Part shown: positions 40,388 to 54,446 of the stretch, in pieces
Numbering within the stretch: the first letter of the stretch is position 1
Layout: every line of letters begins with the position of its first letter
NCBI GenBank assembly: GCA_963514005.1
Contig: OY740818.1
Location: 25,606,001-25,670,000, forward strand
DNA length: 64,000 nt
Direction: 5' to 3'
Source: Raja brachyura
Lineage: Eukaryota
Program-made: the position numbers and the translations under genes
The notes under the pieces: generated by a model
Databases searched by the model: none
What the model was told of the DNA's origin: nothing
What the model saw: the letters and a program-made list of their open reading frames with translations, nothing else

Positions 40388-41115
40388 ATAGAACATAGAC
40401 ATGGAATATAGAACAGGATTGGGCCCTTCGGCCCACAATGATTGAGCCGAGCTTGAAGTTAAACTGATTTCATCTGCTGATACATGATCTATATCCTTCT
40501 ATTCATTTCACTTCCAAGTGACTATCTAAAAGTCTCTTAAACACCACTATCGTATCTGCCTCCACCACCACCTTTGACAATGCATTCCAGGTCTCCACAG
40601 TTCTCTGTAAAAAAACTTGCCCCGCACATATCCGTTAAACTTCTCCCTCTTATTTTACAGCTGTGCCCTCTGGTGTTGGAGATTTCCACCCTATGGAAGA
40701 AAGGTTCTGACTAGCTATGCTATCTATGCCTCTCATAATTTTATATACGTCTTTCAAGTCTCCCCTCAACTTCCGACTTCACCTTGTAGCTGAAACCCTC
40801 TAATCCAGGCAGCATTCTGGTGAACTTTATCTACACCCTCTTCAAAGCCTCCACATCCTTCCTCTAATGGGGCGACCAGAACTACATGCAATACTCCAAA
40901 TACGGCCTAACCAAAGTCTTACTTTGTTGCATCATGGTTTCTTTACTCTTATACTCATTGCCCCCAATAATGATGGCAAGCTTACCATACGCCTTCTTTA
41001 CCACCCTACTTACTTGTGCTGCCATCTTCAGTGAGCTATGAATATGGACTTCCAAATGCCTTTGTGCATCAATACTGTTAAGAGTCTTGCCATTAACTAT
41101 ATGCTCCCCTTACAT
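40388..41115 (-). mobile_element. Old CR1-like LINE 3' fragment
   Basis: Similar to 11216-11960 (ggcgaccagaactacatgcaatactcc), (atagaac)-type tail. Confidence 0.7.
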
Positions 41116-41230
41116 TCACCCTCAATAATGGGATAGATTCCATCAGGCCCTTATCCACCTAAATGCTCTTCAAGAGCCACAGCGCCACCTCCTACTCACT
41201 TTCAAATTGCTCTAGAAATTTATATTTGGA

Positions 41231-41480
41231 TTAGTTTAGAGATACAGCATGGAAACAGGCCCCTCGGCCTACCGAGTCCATGCTGACCAGTGATAATCTA
41301 GTTCTATCCTAAATATTAGGGACAATTTATAGAAGCCAATTAATGCACAAACCTGCACGTCTATGAAATGCAAAAGGAAACCGGAGCACATAGACAAAAT
41401 CCATGTAGTCACAGGGAGAACGTACAATCACCGTACAGACAGCACCTAGGGTCAGGATGGAATCCAGGTCTCTGGCGCTG
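41231..41480 (-). mobile_element. tRNA-derived SINE (HE1/V-SINE-like); related copies at about 42374-42712, 52119-52384, 57092-57276, 60765-60965, 62560-62782
   Basis: Shared B-box-like head (cagcgccagagacc..gttc.atcc) and CR1-like tail; six dispersed copies in the window. Confidence 0.7.
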
Positions 41481-42984
41481 CGCAACTGTATCGCACCAAT
41501 TCTCCATACTGATCTCACTGCCCTCCAAGTCCTCCTCAATGAATACAGATGCAACATACTTTTTTACCACCTGATCTACATCCTCCGCCTCCAAGCTTTA
41601 ATACCTACACTCCTTTATCCGAGTGGTCCAACCTTCTCCCTGGTCACCCTCTTCTTTAACATATGTATAAAAAGCATTGGTATTTTCTTTAATCCGACTT
41701 GCCAATGACTTTTCATTGCCCTTCTAATCGCCCGTTTTAGTTATTTCCTACTCGCTTTACATTCCACATAAGCCCCATCTAGCACAACTTTCTTAAATCT
41801 GACGTTCACTTCTTTTTTCTTCCTGACCAAGTTTACAACCTCCTTGGTGATCCACGGTTCCCTTACCAGCCACATGCTGATCCTGCACTGCGATCAGCTG
41901 GCCTTTAAACAACTCCCAAATGTCCTCTGTGGCTTTACCCAATAACAACTGCTCGCAATCTACACTCCTTTGCTCCTGCTGAACAACATTGGCATCTGTC
42001 TTGCACCAATTAAGTATCTTCCCCTGACATCAGACTTATCCCTATTCAAAACAATCTTAAAACTTATGGAGTTGCGATCACTATCTCCAAATTTCTTCTT
42101 GCAACACAACAGCAGTCATCTGGCCAGGCTTGTTTCCCAATACAAGGTCCAATATGGTCCCTCCTCAAGTCAGATATCTACATACTGTGTAAGGAAACCT
42201 CTTGGATGCACCTAAAACATTTGGCCCTGGCTAATCCTCTTGAACTAAGTACCAGTCAATATTGGGGACCAAATTAACATTTTAAAACCATTTCCCCCAT
42301 CCCATAGAAATGGCACACCCATTCCTGCTGCAAGCACTAAATCTAGTTCGTGCATTTAGCAAGATGATTAGTTGAGTTTAGAGATACAGCCAGTATCTCG
42401 ACCCATAGCATGGAAACAAGCTCTTTGGCTCACTGAGGCTACGCTGACCATCGATCACCCGTTCACACTAGTTTCATGTTATCCCACTTTTCCATTCACA
42501 CACTGCATTGTAGGGGGCAATTTACAGAGGCCAATTAACCTACAACTTATAAACCTGCATGCCTTCATGATGTGGGAGAAGTCCAGAGCACCCTGAGGAA
42601 ACCCATGTGGTTATAGGGGGAACGTGCAATCTTCAAAAACACCACCTGAGGTCAGGATCAAACCTGGGTCTGTGGCATTGTGAAGCGGCAGCTCTACCAG
42701 CTGTGCCACTGCATTTTACAATGAGTTCATATTTGCTGGAACTCACCTTTGGATTTATTTTTCCATAAACACTACCAAGTTGAAAATGCAAATATTTGTG
42801 TAAAAATATCCAAATGTACTACAAAACCATTCCTAATTGTTTTTTAGTTCATCTAATTCAATGCACTAAACAAAGAGTGGACAACATGGGTGTCATCTCT
42901 TGTATTTGTTTCTGTCATTTATAACTCAGTCCAGCCCTGCTGAACAAGTAACCAACCACTCCTCAGTCTCAAATATCATATGTT

Positions 42985-43806
42985 AATCATGGAATCATGG
43001 AAAATTTTATTGTCATTCAGACCTTTCGGTCAGAACAAAATTTCGTTGCCTGCAGTCATACATATAGTAAAGAACAAAACACACAATAAACACATATTTA
43101 ACATCCACCACGGTGAGCTCACCGGACACCTCCTCACTGTGATGGAAGGCAAAAATCTTAAGTCTTTGTCTCTTCCCTTCTTGTTCTTCCTCTTCCTCTG
43201 CAGTGAGGCGATCCAGGCCTCCGATGTTGTGACCGCACCGGGTGATGTAAGTAAGTTCCGCGGCTGAACCGTGCTCCGTGAACGGGCCGGTTCAACTCCG
43301 CGGCGGTCGAGATGTCAATGCTGCCGCCCTCCAGTCCAGCGGACGCAGCTGTTGCCGCGGGAGCTCCGGAAAAAACAGGTCACCAATCTGTGACCTGCGA
43401 GCTCCCGACGATGTCGTCTCCTGGGCCCGCGGCTGAACCTCCGAAGTCGCTGGCGCCGCCACCACCACCGGAAAGCCGCACAGCTCCGAGTCGGGCCGCC
43501 GGAACGCTGGAATGCCTGAAACCGCCGCAGCCCGGAAGTCGGCCAGCCCCGCGCTGGTAAGTCCTAGCTGGCTCTGCCTCCAGAGCCTCGAGGTCGGTCG
43601 CAATTGGAGGCTGTCAGCTCCGCCATTAGGCCTCAGCGCAGACGGAGACGGAGACGGGGGATACAACAAGAAAAGTCGCGTCCCACACACATACACTACA
43701 TAATAACTCAAATTAACACGCTAAAACAAGACAAGAAAACAACAACAAAAGAAAAACAGACGGACTGCTGGTAAGCCGCTGCTGCCAGGGCAGCGCCGCC
43801 ACTCCC
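42985..43806 (-). mobile_element. Probable non-autonomous retroelement with GC-rich 5' part and (CCATGATT)-type tail
   Basis: Abrupt GC-rich insert, tttattgtcat tail signature shared with the Rex1 copies, partial similarity to about 32660-32880. Confidence 0.5.
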
Positions 43807-45309
43807 ATTAAGTATTAAAAATCAGTATTGTCCTGCAGCAAACAAGAATGTTATGGGGAAACAAGGAACTATAGATGCTGGTGCACAAAAGACAAAGTGC
43901 TGGAATAACTTGGTTGGACAGGCAACATCTCTGGAGAACTTGGATAGGGTATGCCACATGGTCTACCCCAACACATTTCAAAGCTTGGATACATGTAAAG
44001 CTCACTGCCACCATCCTAATTACCAACATGGTATTGTTCTATCCCGGTGACTGGATAAACTGAGAGATTAGGAATTTGAAGGATTTAAACTAAACTGCTT
44101 CCATAGCAACATTTATATTTAAAAATACAGTCAAGAGTTTGGGTCAAGTGGGATGGCAATCCCAGTTGTACTTAGTCTGAAGAGTAAAGTTACAGGAGCT
44201 TACCTGACCTTATGTACAGTTCTGCTCAGCTTCCTCGCTGAAACCTCACAAGCCAAAGCTCAGCACTTCAGCCCAAATATCTTCAGTCTGAAGAAGGGTC
44301 TCACCCATTCCTTCTCTCCAGAGATGCTGCCTGACCTGCTGAGTTACTCCAGCACTCTGTGTCGACACACAGTTAATCTCAATGCGGTTGCTCTAAAATA
44401 CTCGAGTGATTACTGTGGCAAAGATCTATATCCAATTAATTTCTTGCATTTATGCCGGAGGACAACCAGGTCAGTCTGTGAAATATGTTACTCTTACCAA
44501 AGGGTAGCAGTCACTAGCTTTATATAATCCGATTCCACCAATGAGAAACACACACAACTCTGACGATAGCCCACTTGACTTGATCTCTTGACTGTACCTT
44601 TTAAATATAAATGTTGCTGAAGATGCAGTTTAGTTTCAATCCGACTTTTGCACTTGCACCTGCACATAAACCAGGATGACACAGCTAAACATGCTCTGTC
44701 AACTCTAACCTATACCTTGCTTTCAGCTACTGCAAATCACTCCTGATTCACCCATTTCTTTCTGACTATTAAAGGCATCACTTCATTTGATTCTAAATTT
44801 ACATCTGTCATCTTGCAGAAAAAGGATGTGCCATTTAGAAGCTACATAAGCAAAGTACAAATCTTAACTCAGAATTACCATTAGGTATTTGATCCAAGTA
44901 AAAATAATTAATTTGCAGGTTTTTTAAATTAAAGTAGTTTAATTGAGGTAACATTCAGTATTTCCAATCTTTTCTGATATCATAATGTAACCATAATCTT
45001 CATGTGAAGTTCATATCACAAACTACTTAGCAAATGCTATTAATATTTGCACAAAAGACAATGCAAAAGTGGGGCAAGTGTGCAGCCAGCATCCCCTTAC
45101 TCCTATCTTTCTCAAAAACAATGCAATTCACTGTGGGGCACTGTTTAACCACTCTCCCTAGATCCTCACGTCAGTCCACATCATCTAACCCCCTCCCGGT
45201 GGATTTAAACGGTGCCCAGAGTAGGATTGCCCTTCACTCAGTAGAAGGTAAGGGTACAAATTTCAGCAACAAAACTGTCTCACAATGTTGGTTTTGGTGC
45301 TAAATAAAG

Positions 45310-46341
45310 TAGGTATGTTGCAAAACTTACCTTGAGCAGCGCTGCAGTTCTGCCGTTCCCCGTGTGTGCGACTTTGGCGCCTTTCAGAGGGGGGCGGGCT
45401 TAAAGTGCCGTTTTTCAACAGACCTGGAAAATCGATGAATGTCGGGCGATTTCGTTGCGGAAGAAAAATCGCTCCGACATTTCATGAATGAAGGTATTTT
45501 TAAATTACTCTAAATTATTTATTTAAGAGTAATTTAAAAATCACCTTCAAAAGCCGTGAGCACCGACAACCGGAAGGATTTTGCGTAGTGGAGAAAAAAA
45601 GGTAAATAGTTTATTTTTATATTAAAAGTTGGTTTTTCGGGAGGCTTTAATAATATTTTTATGTTGCGAAATGGGGTCCCAAAAAATGTATGAACAAACA
45701 GTATTTTTCCTCCCGACTTCACCGCTAACCGCAACGTTCCAATCCACCGCATTCCACTAAAACCCACTCGCTAGTTGATTTAAATGGCGATTAATTTACA
45801 GGAATCAAACACTAAATTCCTTCCATTTGGCCCAGAAATTCATGAAAATTAGATTTAAAAATTATGTTATATTGTGGATTATTGTGTGAATGTTATTTGG
45901 ACACTTCGGCAATTTAAAAAAAGTTTATCTTTTCTTAAGAAATGGATAGATGTTTAGATCTACTTATTGAATTTTGTAATTAGCTACAATTAGATAACTA
46001 ACTAATTATATGCTTTAATTTCAGGTCATCCAAGTAAGATTGTTTCATATTTGTTTCAGAATGCTTCAATCTATAATAACTGAAAATTTCATTGAGTTCT
46101 CTTATTTTTTAAGAAAGTTATGGGCTTTTAACTTTTCCAGATCACATCTTTTGAGTTAAGTCAATTGAAAGGCAATGGGGAGCAAGATGCTAATTTCTGA
46201 GTATGAAAATGGTCATAACTTTCTTAATACTGAAGATATGAAAGTAAATTAGGTGTCAAATTAAACTTCTTTTTATGCTTTATCTGATGGGATAAGTAGC
46301 AGACTTGATTTTTTAAATCTCAAAATTTTGTAACATTGCTA
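45310..46341. mobile_element. Non-autonomous DNA transposon, 1032 bp, superfamily uncertain
   Basis: Imperfect 16-bp TIR TAGGTATGTTGCAAAA / TTTTGTAACATTGCTA (13/16) with 7-bp direct repeat aataaag on both sides. Confidence 0.65.
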
Positions 46342-47096
46342 AATAAAGGTATGGTTCAATTGAAACCAAGTTAGTCATAATCCACGCAGAGATAGAACAA
46401 TACTAGAGGTTATGGGGAGTTAAAAGTGTATAAAATGATGAGAGGCATAGATAGGATAGACAATCAAAACATTTTTTTTCCGCAGGATGGAAATATCAAA
46501 TACTAGAGGGCATAACCTCAAGGTGAGAGGGACAAAGATTAAATGCGATGTGCAGGGCAAGATTTTGTCTACGGTCAGCAGCTGCTCACTGATGCAATCA
46601 GCTTTCAGTATGTTGATTGATATGCCACTCTCAACCAGAACTGACAATGGTGTTCTGTACTATTATATCAGAGGATTATTAAAGCACACACTGACGATAC
46701 TGTTTCAGCAACTCTGGCCACTTTGTTCCAAAGTCCCCATGACACGTAATGTTCTAATCTGTGCCTAAATTACCTATATCTTCAAAATTCCTTCTGAGCA
46801 AAGGGCAAAAGATAACATTTTCTATTGCACAAAACACTTCTCAGCATCCTTTGTCCATTTAGCTCATGAAGGAATTTGTGGGACTTTGGAACAGATTGGA
46901 AAGGTTGCTAACACTACGTGGTAGTCAGGAGGAACTTCACACAGAGGTAGCTGGCTGTTGTTGGTGAAGACTTCAGCACCTCACCTCAGGAAGACCACCC
47001 ATCAGAAGTTCAGAAGCATTCAACTCCACTCCCAACACCTCAGCAAATGAAAAAGCCAATGGCTGTCATGCAGCAAGACATCATTCAGACATGGGA

Positions 47097-48185
47097 GGGT
47101 ACACAAAATGCTGGAGAAACTCAGCGGGTGCAGCAGCATCTATGAAGTGAAGGAGATAGGCAACGTTTCTGGCCAAAACCCTTCTTCAGACTGATGAGGG
47201 GTGGGGGGAGGCGGGGGGAAGAAAGGAAAAAGGAGGAGGAGGAGCCCGAGGGCTGAGGGAGAGGTAGGAAGGGGAGGAGACAGCAAGGGTTAAAAGAATT
47301 GAGAGAATTCAATGTTCATGCCAAGAGGATGCAGACTGCCCAAGTGGAATATCAGGTGTTGTTCCTCCAATTTGCGGTGTTGCTCACTCTGGCTGTGGAG
47401 GAGGCCCAGGACAGAGAGGTCGGATACGGAATGGGATGGGGAGTTGAAGTGCTGAGCCACCAGGAGGTCGGGTTGGTTATTGCGGACCGAGCGGAGGTGT
47501 TCGGCAAAGCGATCGCCAAGCCTCCGCTTGGTCTCACCGATATAGATCAGCTGGCATCTGGAGCAACGGATGCAGTAGATGAGGTTGGAGGAGGTGCAGG
47601 TGAACCTCTGTTGGACCTGGAAGGACTGTTTGGGTCCTTGAAGGGAGTGGAGGGGGGAGGTAAAGGAACAAGTGTAGCATCTCTTGCAGTTGCAAGGGAA
47701 AGTGCCCGGGGAAGGGGTGGAGCGGGAGGGAAGGGAAGAATTGCCAAGGGAGTTGCGGAGGGAGCGGTTTTTGCAGAAGGCAGACAGGGGGGGGGAGATG
47801 GGAAGATGTGGCGAGTGGTGGGGTCACGTTGGAGGTGGCGAAACTGGCGGAGGACTATGTGTTGTATGTGCCGGCTGGTGGGGTGAAAGGTGAGGACCAG
47901 GGAGACTCTGCCCTTGTTGCGAGTGGGGGGGATGGGCAGAGAGGGCAGTGTTGCGGGGTACGGAGGAGACCCCGGTGCGAGCCTCAACTATAGTGGGGGA
48001 GGGGAATCCCTGTTCTCTGAAGAATGAGGACATTTGTGATGACCTGGTGTGGAACACTTCATCCTGGGAGCAGATGCGGCGTAGACGGAGGAATTGGGAA
48101 TAGGGGATGGAGTGGGTGAAGCAGGGTGGGAGGAAGAGTAGTCCAGGTAGCCGTGGGAGTTAGTGGGTTTATAATGGATGTGTAT
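47097..48185 (-). mobile_element. Penelope-like element, 5'-truncated
   Basis: Homologous to 3415-4630; 14-bp TSD attcagacatggga (47083-47096 / 48186-48199). Confidence 0.88.
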
Positions 48186-50049
48186 ATTCAGACATGGGAT
48201 ATGTGACAAGAACATACAAACCAAGACTGCTGCAGACGGCAAGGTCATCTCCAACAAGAAAGTGTAACCACTTACCTTTGGCATTCAATAGGATTACCAT
48301 TGTAGAGCTCCCCCGCCATCAACAGCCTGGGGAGGGGCAATTGTCACCACTGATCAAAAGCTCGCCACATGGCATAAATACTGTGAGAGCATTTATAAGA
48401 GCAAGTCAGAGATTGCGTACTCTGCAGCGCATGTCCTACCTACCAAAAATCAAAGCCTTTCCACTGTCTACTTAACACAGCTCAAGCAAGGTGGCAGCAT
48501 CTAGGACATGCAGCTTGCTTGGCTATTTGCCTGCTCACCATCCTCTATCACTAGCTGCAATGCACTGTTGTTACTCACTGAGGCTACTCTGACAGCACCT
48601 CATAAACACAGTGACCTCCAACACCACAAACAAGGGCTTCAAGCACATGGGAACACCACCAACAGGCCATAGGGTGTTTATCCCTCAAAGAAGCACACCC
48701 TATTCAAAATATATCATTGATCATCACTGGATCAAAACCCTGAAACCGACAACCCAGCAACATCACGAAGCATCTTCACCAGGTGAACTTCAGCAGCTAA
48801 GGTGCTCACCACCATCGTCCACTTACACAAGCACAATAATGGATAGGCATTAAGTGCTGGCATTGCCACTAATGGCCACATTCCAAAGAATACCAGGAAC
48901 GTTTGGGAGGATAGGTTACATTTCATTAGATGGAAACATTGAAAAGCATTTTACATATATTTTTCTAAGACTGACAATTTAAACCAGTGCATTAAAAGTC
49001 ACGGGAAATGGCTGCGAAAATTAGTAACTAGGACCTATTTTAAAAACAATAATGACAAAGGTACTCTGCAGCAAATTATAATTAATCTCCATTCAAGGAT
49101 AGATTCACTCTTTGCAAACCAGTTGCCATTGCGCATTATTCTCTCACTAAATTTAAAGGTATCTATAATATAAATGGAATGTACCATTAAAAATGCAGAA
49201 AAAACCTCAAAAATCCACTCAAAAATTAGTGTCAACCCACAAATGCCAGCCAACGGCAAGAACTGGTTAGGGAAAGGATCACATATATTTTATAATCAGA
49301 TGATGTCAATGTTAATATTGTAGTCTTTATACAGAGCACAGCGTATATAACTTCATATGCACAATGGGGAAAGAATGTCAGAAGTAAACAGCAATTTCGG
49401 TCTGAAGCCCAAATGAACATGCCACATGCTGGGACAAATACACCGACTTGCTCATAATAATTCTACAAGTATCCCTCCACATGTAGTCTCATGAGGCTTT
49501 CACTGTGTGGGTCCGAAGGCATGGTGTGGATGATCTATCTCATAGCTGCTGCAAGCCATGAATTGGTTCTTAGCATTTCTAGAAGCTATACATCAAAATA
49601 TTCTTTTTTTTAAACTGGATAACACCTTTTTACAAAAACTAGCCAAATTGAACCATATTTAATTATGACAAAAGTCAAACCTATTCCAGTCTTGCAGCAG
49701 TGCAACAATAAAACTCTGATCCAATCAGGAGTTTGAAATTGACAGACTGATGAGAACATTGCCATTGAGTAAGCACTGACATACCACACCTTGAATACAT
49801 GTTCATGAGTTGGTGCACTTGCTGTGCTGATAAATTGCAGCCTGTTTGCAAACTGACAGCATCAGCTACTTTTATGGCTGGGTACTTCATTGCAAATGGC
49901 AGATCCTGCATGCAGTGTACACACTATCCACCACAAATTTGTTTTTAAACACTTAACATTAAAATAGCATTAACAACTCTAAGCAAAAGGCAAAAAAGCA
50001 GAATTTGTGGGCAGGAATCTCGTGGTTAAACCCGGTGCTTGTGCTAATG

Positions 50050-51980
50050 AAGGGAGGAATAGGATAGGACACATGAATGAGGCGGCTGAGGAGTTGGTGC
50101 AGGGGGAAGTGACTACGATTTTTTGACCGTTCAGGTTTCTGAGGCAGAGGTGACCTGCAAAAGAGCAATAAGTTGCACCTGAACAGGAGGGGGGGCAATG
50201 CTACAAGGGAGGGTTTAAACTTGATTAGCAGGGGGTTGGGATTCAAAGCAGTAGGAAGTCAGATGAGAGCCTGGAGGTTGTTATTAAAGTCAAAAAGAGC
50301 AACTTCTGTTGACAAAACAGGCAGGAGCATAGCAGGGAGCAAAGACTATTGCATTTATTTGCATTTGCTTTAATACAAGTGGCTTGTCAAGCAAGACGGA
50401 TGAACTCAGGGCATGGACAGCTTTGTGGGACTTTAGATATTGTAGCCAATACAGATACCTAAGGGAGATAGACAGGCAGCTAAATGTTACAGGGTTCAGG
50501 TGCTGCAGGCAGGACAGAGTTTAAGACAGGAGGAAATGTTGTATTTTAATTTTATTAGAACATTACAACAATAGTCTTAGACAAAATTGCTGAGGGATCA
50601 TCTAGTGTAGGGATGGAGCTGAGAAATAAGGGGATGATCACCTTGTTGGGATTGTACTGTAGGCCTCCAAATAGTCAATAGGAATTAGAAGAAAAATATA
50701 CCAAGTAATTGCAGATAGCTGTAAGAATAACTGGGGTGTCACAGCAAGGGATTTTACCTTTATTAATATAAACTGGGACATGCTTTAGATCAGGTGGAAT
50801 TTATTACATATGTTCAGGAAAGGTTTCCTTCGGGCAATATATAGAGGGTCCTACTAGGGAGAGGCAAATTCACTGGAAAGAATACTGAAGGATAGGATAT
50901 ACGTGCTATTAGATAGATAGGGACTGATTAGGGAGTCATCATGGCTTTGTGCGTGAGAGACCCTGTCTCACAGATTTGATTTGAGTTTTTTTTAACAAGT
51001 AACCAAGAAGGCTGATGGGCCTGGGTGGTAGATGCAGTGGACTTCAGCTAGACCTTTGATAAGGTTCAGTATGGTAGGCTGCTCTTGAAGATCAGATCGC
51101 TGGGAGATCTAGCTAAGTGGATACATAATTGGCTTGATGGTATGAAGCAGAGGGTGGGAGTAAAAGGTTGTTTTTTAGACTAAAGACCCGTGGCAAGTGG
51201 TGTGCCTCACGGATTGGTGCTGGGTCCATTTTGTTTGTTTGTCATCTATATCAACACATGTTGAGAATGCATAATGATGTGAATTTGTAGGTGACAATAG
51301 ATGGTATTGTATACAGTGAAATATATTATCCAAAATGACATTGATTAGCTGGGTAAGTGGAGAGTCATAGGATCGTAGAGCACAGAAATGACCTTCAGGC
51401 CAACTCCATGCCAACCAACATGCCCCATCTAAGCTTAACTACAATTTGCCTGCAGTTGGTCCATATCCCTCTAAACCACTTCTTAGATATTCCTGTCCAA
51501 GTTTCTTAATGCTATTATAATATCTGCCTCAATTATCCACTCTGGCAGCTCATTTCACCCTCAAAGTGAAAAAGGTTGCCTCTCCGGTTTGAATTAAAAG
51601 AAATGGCAAATAAAGTTTAATTGAGATTAGTACAAGGCATTGCAATTTCATACGGCAATGCAGAATAGGACTTATAGTGAATAAGAAGGCTTTTGGCTTG
51701 CTAGCTTTCATCATTAAGGACATGAATATTGAAGTGGGACATTATGTTACAGTTGTACAAGACGCTGGTGAAGCAGTTGAGTTTTTTATCCAGGGTTGGG
51801 GAATGAAAAAATGCAGGCCATAGGTTTAAGGGGCGAGAGGAAAGTTTTATAGGAACCCAAGGGGCAACATTTTCACTTAGAGAGTGGTGCGTATATGGAA
51901 TATGCATTTAACTGGAACAATATCGGAAAGGTTTAGGGGATATGAATCAAACATGGGCAATGAGACTAGCTTAGATGGGT
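50050..51980 (+). mobile_element. Highly decayed CR1-like LINE (endonuclease to RT remnants)
   Basis: Remnant motifs (ggacttcagctagacctttgataagg; gtggtgtgcctcacggattggtgctgggtcc). Confidence 0.6.
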
Positions 51981-53690
51981 GCCATAGTTACATGCAAGGA
52001 TTGGGCATTGGGTTTAATTGGATAAGTATGTACCTAAAGCAGTAAATTAGAGACCAAATTTCCTGCCATGAGCAACTACCCAAAACCTTTCAGTTATCCA
52101 CAAAGCAATGGTCAACAGTTTAGTTCAGAGATACAGCATGGAAACAGGCCCTTCACCCCACCTAATCCTCACCTACCATTGATCATCCATTCACACTAGT
52201 TCTACGTCATCCAACTTTCTCTTCCACTCCTTACATTAGGGGCAATTTACAATGGCCAATTAACCTACAAACCCACATGTCTTTAGGATGTGGGAGGAAA
52301 CCTAAGTACCCGGAGGAAACCCACGTGGTCACAGGGAGAATGTGCAAACTTCACAGTCAGCACCCGAGGTCAGAATTGAACCTGTAAACCTAAAAATTGT
52401 GTTAGGAAAAAGTGTATAGTACCCAGCTACAAAGACTGAATGTTAAGTTCACCATTTTCACATTAACATCTTTTAGACAATGTATATTGATTATGAATTT
52501 TAATTTTAAATCTTTATTAGGACTCAAACATTTTGATTATAACCCAAATGTTTACTCGCGTAAGCAGCACCAAGGACACTCAAAACATATTTTTGAAACT
52601 CTGCCTTCTCAAATGAAAGCAATACCCAATGCGTTTTGGTAAATAATTCACAAGATTATGTTTTGACAATCAATTCTGCAGGTTACACCTATCTAGTCCA
52701 AACCAAGCTAGTTACATACTGATCTGCATCAAGCAGTGTTTTGGATTTCAGAAACACATGATTATAAATCCACTGCTTAAACAACGTTCAAATTAACAAA
52801 TATATTTTTACTGCCAGTAACAAATAAACAAAGCTTCAACTGATGGCCTGAAATGACTGAACATTAACTGACTTGCTCTTTGTCGAGGTGAAGTCAGCCT
52901 TGTGAGTTTCCAGTGTTTTTGTTCGTATTCAAAACCTCCAGTGCCCTCAGTATTTTGCTTTTGATAAGCCCCAACAACATCATCGAATATATCCCTGTAG
53001 TATTCACTCTGTACATAAATAAAACACTTGCTAGGAACAATAAACATCTGTAGCTTATGATCAAAGGGTTAAAGACTGAGAAAGTCGACCTTTTGTCTTT
53101 GATGCTGCCTGATTTGCTGAGTTTTTCCAACATTTTTTTTGTGACAACTCCTAAAACCTGTCTGCAGTTACAAGAGACTGCTGGGTCCCTGTACATATCT
53201 TCCCACTCCCTCTACAGATGCTGCCTGACACGTTGAGTTCCCCAGCACTTTGTTCTTTTCGGCTATAGCGTGTGTGGCTGTCGGTGTAGCATCGGTGAAT
53301 AGGCTTCACTATTTAATTGACTTAAATTTTAAATCAGGTCAGTGTTCCAGTTCCAGGATCAATTTCTGACAAAGCTCTGTGAATGTCTTGAGCAATCACA
53401 TTTGTGCCAAAGTCTCCGGCAATAAACAAGAGCAACACGTCCACTCACATAGGGGAGTGACCACTCCACCACCCGGCCTGTCCCCAACCCTGCTGACCCC
53501 CGCCTCCGCCCACCCACCCCATCCCCACCTCCCCTCCCCCCACCACCTTCACCCACCCTGGTCTCCCTCTCCCCTCATACCCCTGACTCCAGTCCTCGAC
53601 CCTCCCCTGATCCCTTCATCCCCAGAACAACCTCCCCTCCCCAATCCTCCTCACCCCCTGCCCGCCCGCAGGTGGCCGGCTGTCACTTAC

Positions 53691-53799
53691 CCCACAGGCC
53701 GGTTCCGTGGCCGGGCCCGTCAAGCGCTCACTGCGGACCGGCCGTCCGGACCAAACAAGCCCGGCGCCGCCTCAGCCCCGCCTCCGCCTCCCTCCGCCA
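53691..53799 (-). promoter_or_regulatory. SAMD8: Probable SAMD8 non-coding exon 1 / CpG promoter, head-to-head with the DUSP13 cluster
   Basis: Consensus donor GGG|gtaagtg at 53690, GC boxes, CpG island; first coding exon has an acceptor so an upstream exon is required. Confidence 0.7.
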
Positions 53800-54232
53800 G
53801 CACAGCGCCCCCTGCAGCGCCGGAGACACAGCGCCCCCTGCAGCGCCGGAGGCACAGCGCCCCCTGCAGCACCGGAGACACAGCGTCCCCTGCAGCACCG
53901 GAGACACAGCGTCCCCTGCAGCTCCGGAGACACAGCGCCCCCTGCAGCGCCGGAGGCACAGCGCCCCCTGCAGCACCGGAGACACAGCGCCCCCTGCAGC
54001 GCCGGAGACACAGCGCCCCCTGCAGCGCCGGAGGCACAGCGCCCCCTGCAGCACCGGAGACACAGCGCCCCCTGCAGCACCGGAGACACAGCGCCCCCTG
54101 CAGCACCGGAGACACAGCGTCCCCTGCAGCACCGGAGACACAGCGTCCCCTGCAGCTCCGGAGACACAGCGCCCCCTGCAGCACCTGAGACACAGCGCCC
54201 CCTGCAGCGCCGGAGACACAGCGCCCCCTGCA
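53800..54232. repeat. 26-bp minisatellite (cacagcgccccctgcagc(g/a)ccggaga)n, about 16-17 units, with CTCF-like cores
   Basis: Direct reading of the periodicity. Confidence 0.96.
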
Positions 54233-54446
54233 GAGAATTCTATAGATTCACAACTCTCTGGGTGAAAATGTTTATCCACATCTGAGTCCTAAATGGCCTA
54301 CCCCTTATTTTTAAGGTGTGACCCCTGGTTCTGGACTCCTCCAACATAGGGAACATTTTTCCTGCATCTACCCTGTCCAATCCCCTAAGAATGTTATATG
54401 TTTCTATAAGATTTCCTCTCATCCTTCTAAATTCCAGCGAATACAA
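54233..54446 (-). mobile_element. CR1-like fragment
   Basis: ORF 54240-54464 LYSLEFRRMRGNLIETYNILRGLDRVD. Confidence 0.8.

Noticed and set aside
44195-44210. Strong - strand donor-like site (CAG|gtaagc) in SAMD8 intron 1
   Set aside because: No convincing paired acceptor or transcript evidence for an extra UTR exon
53379-54285. Multiple long overlapping ORFs on both strands
   Set aside because: Produced by the GC-rich 26-bp repeat and CpG island
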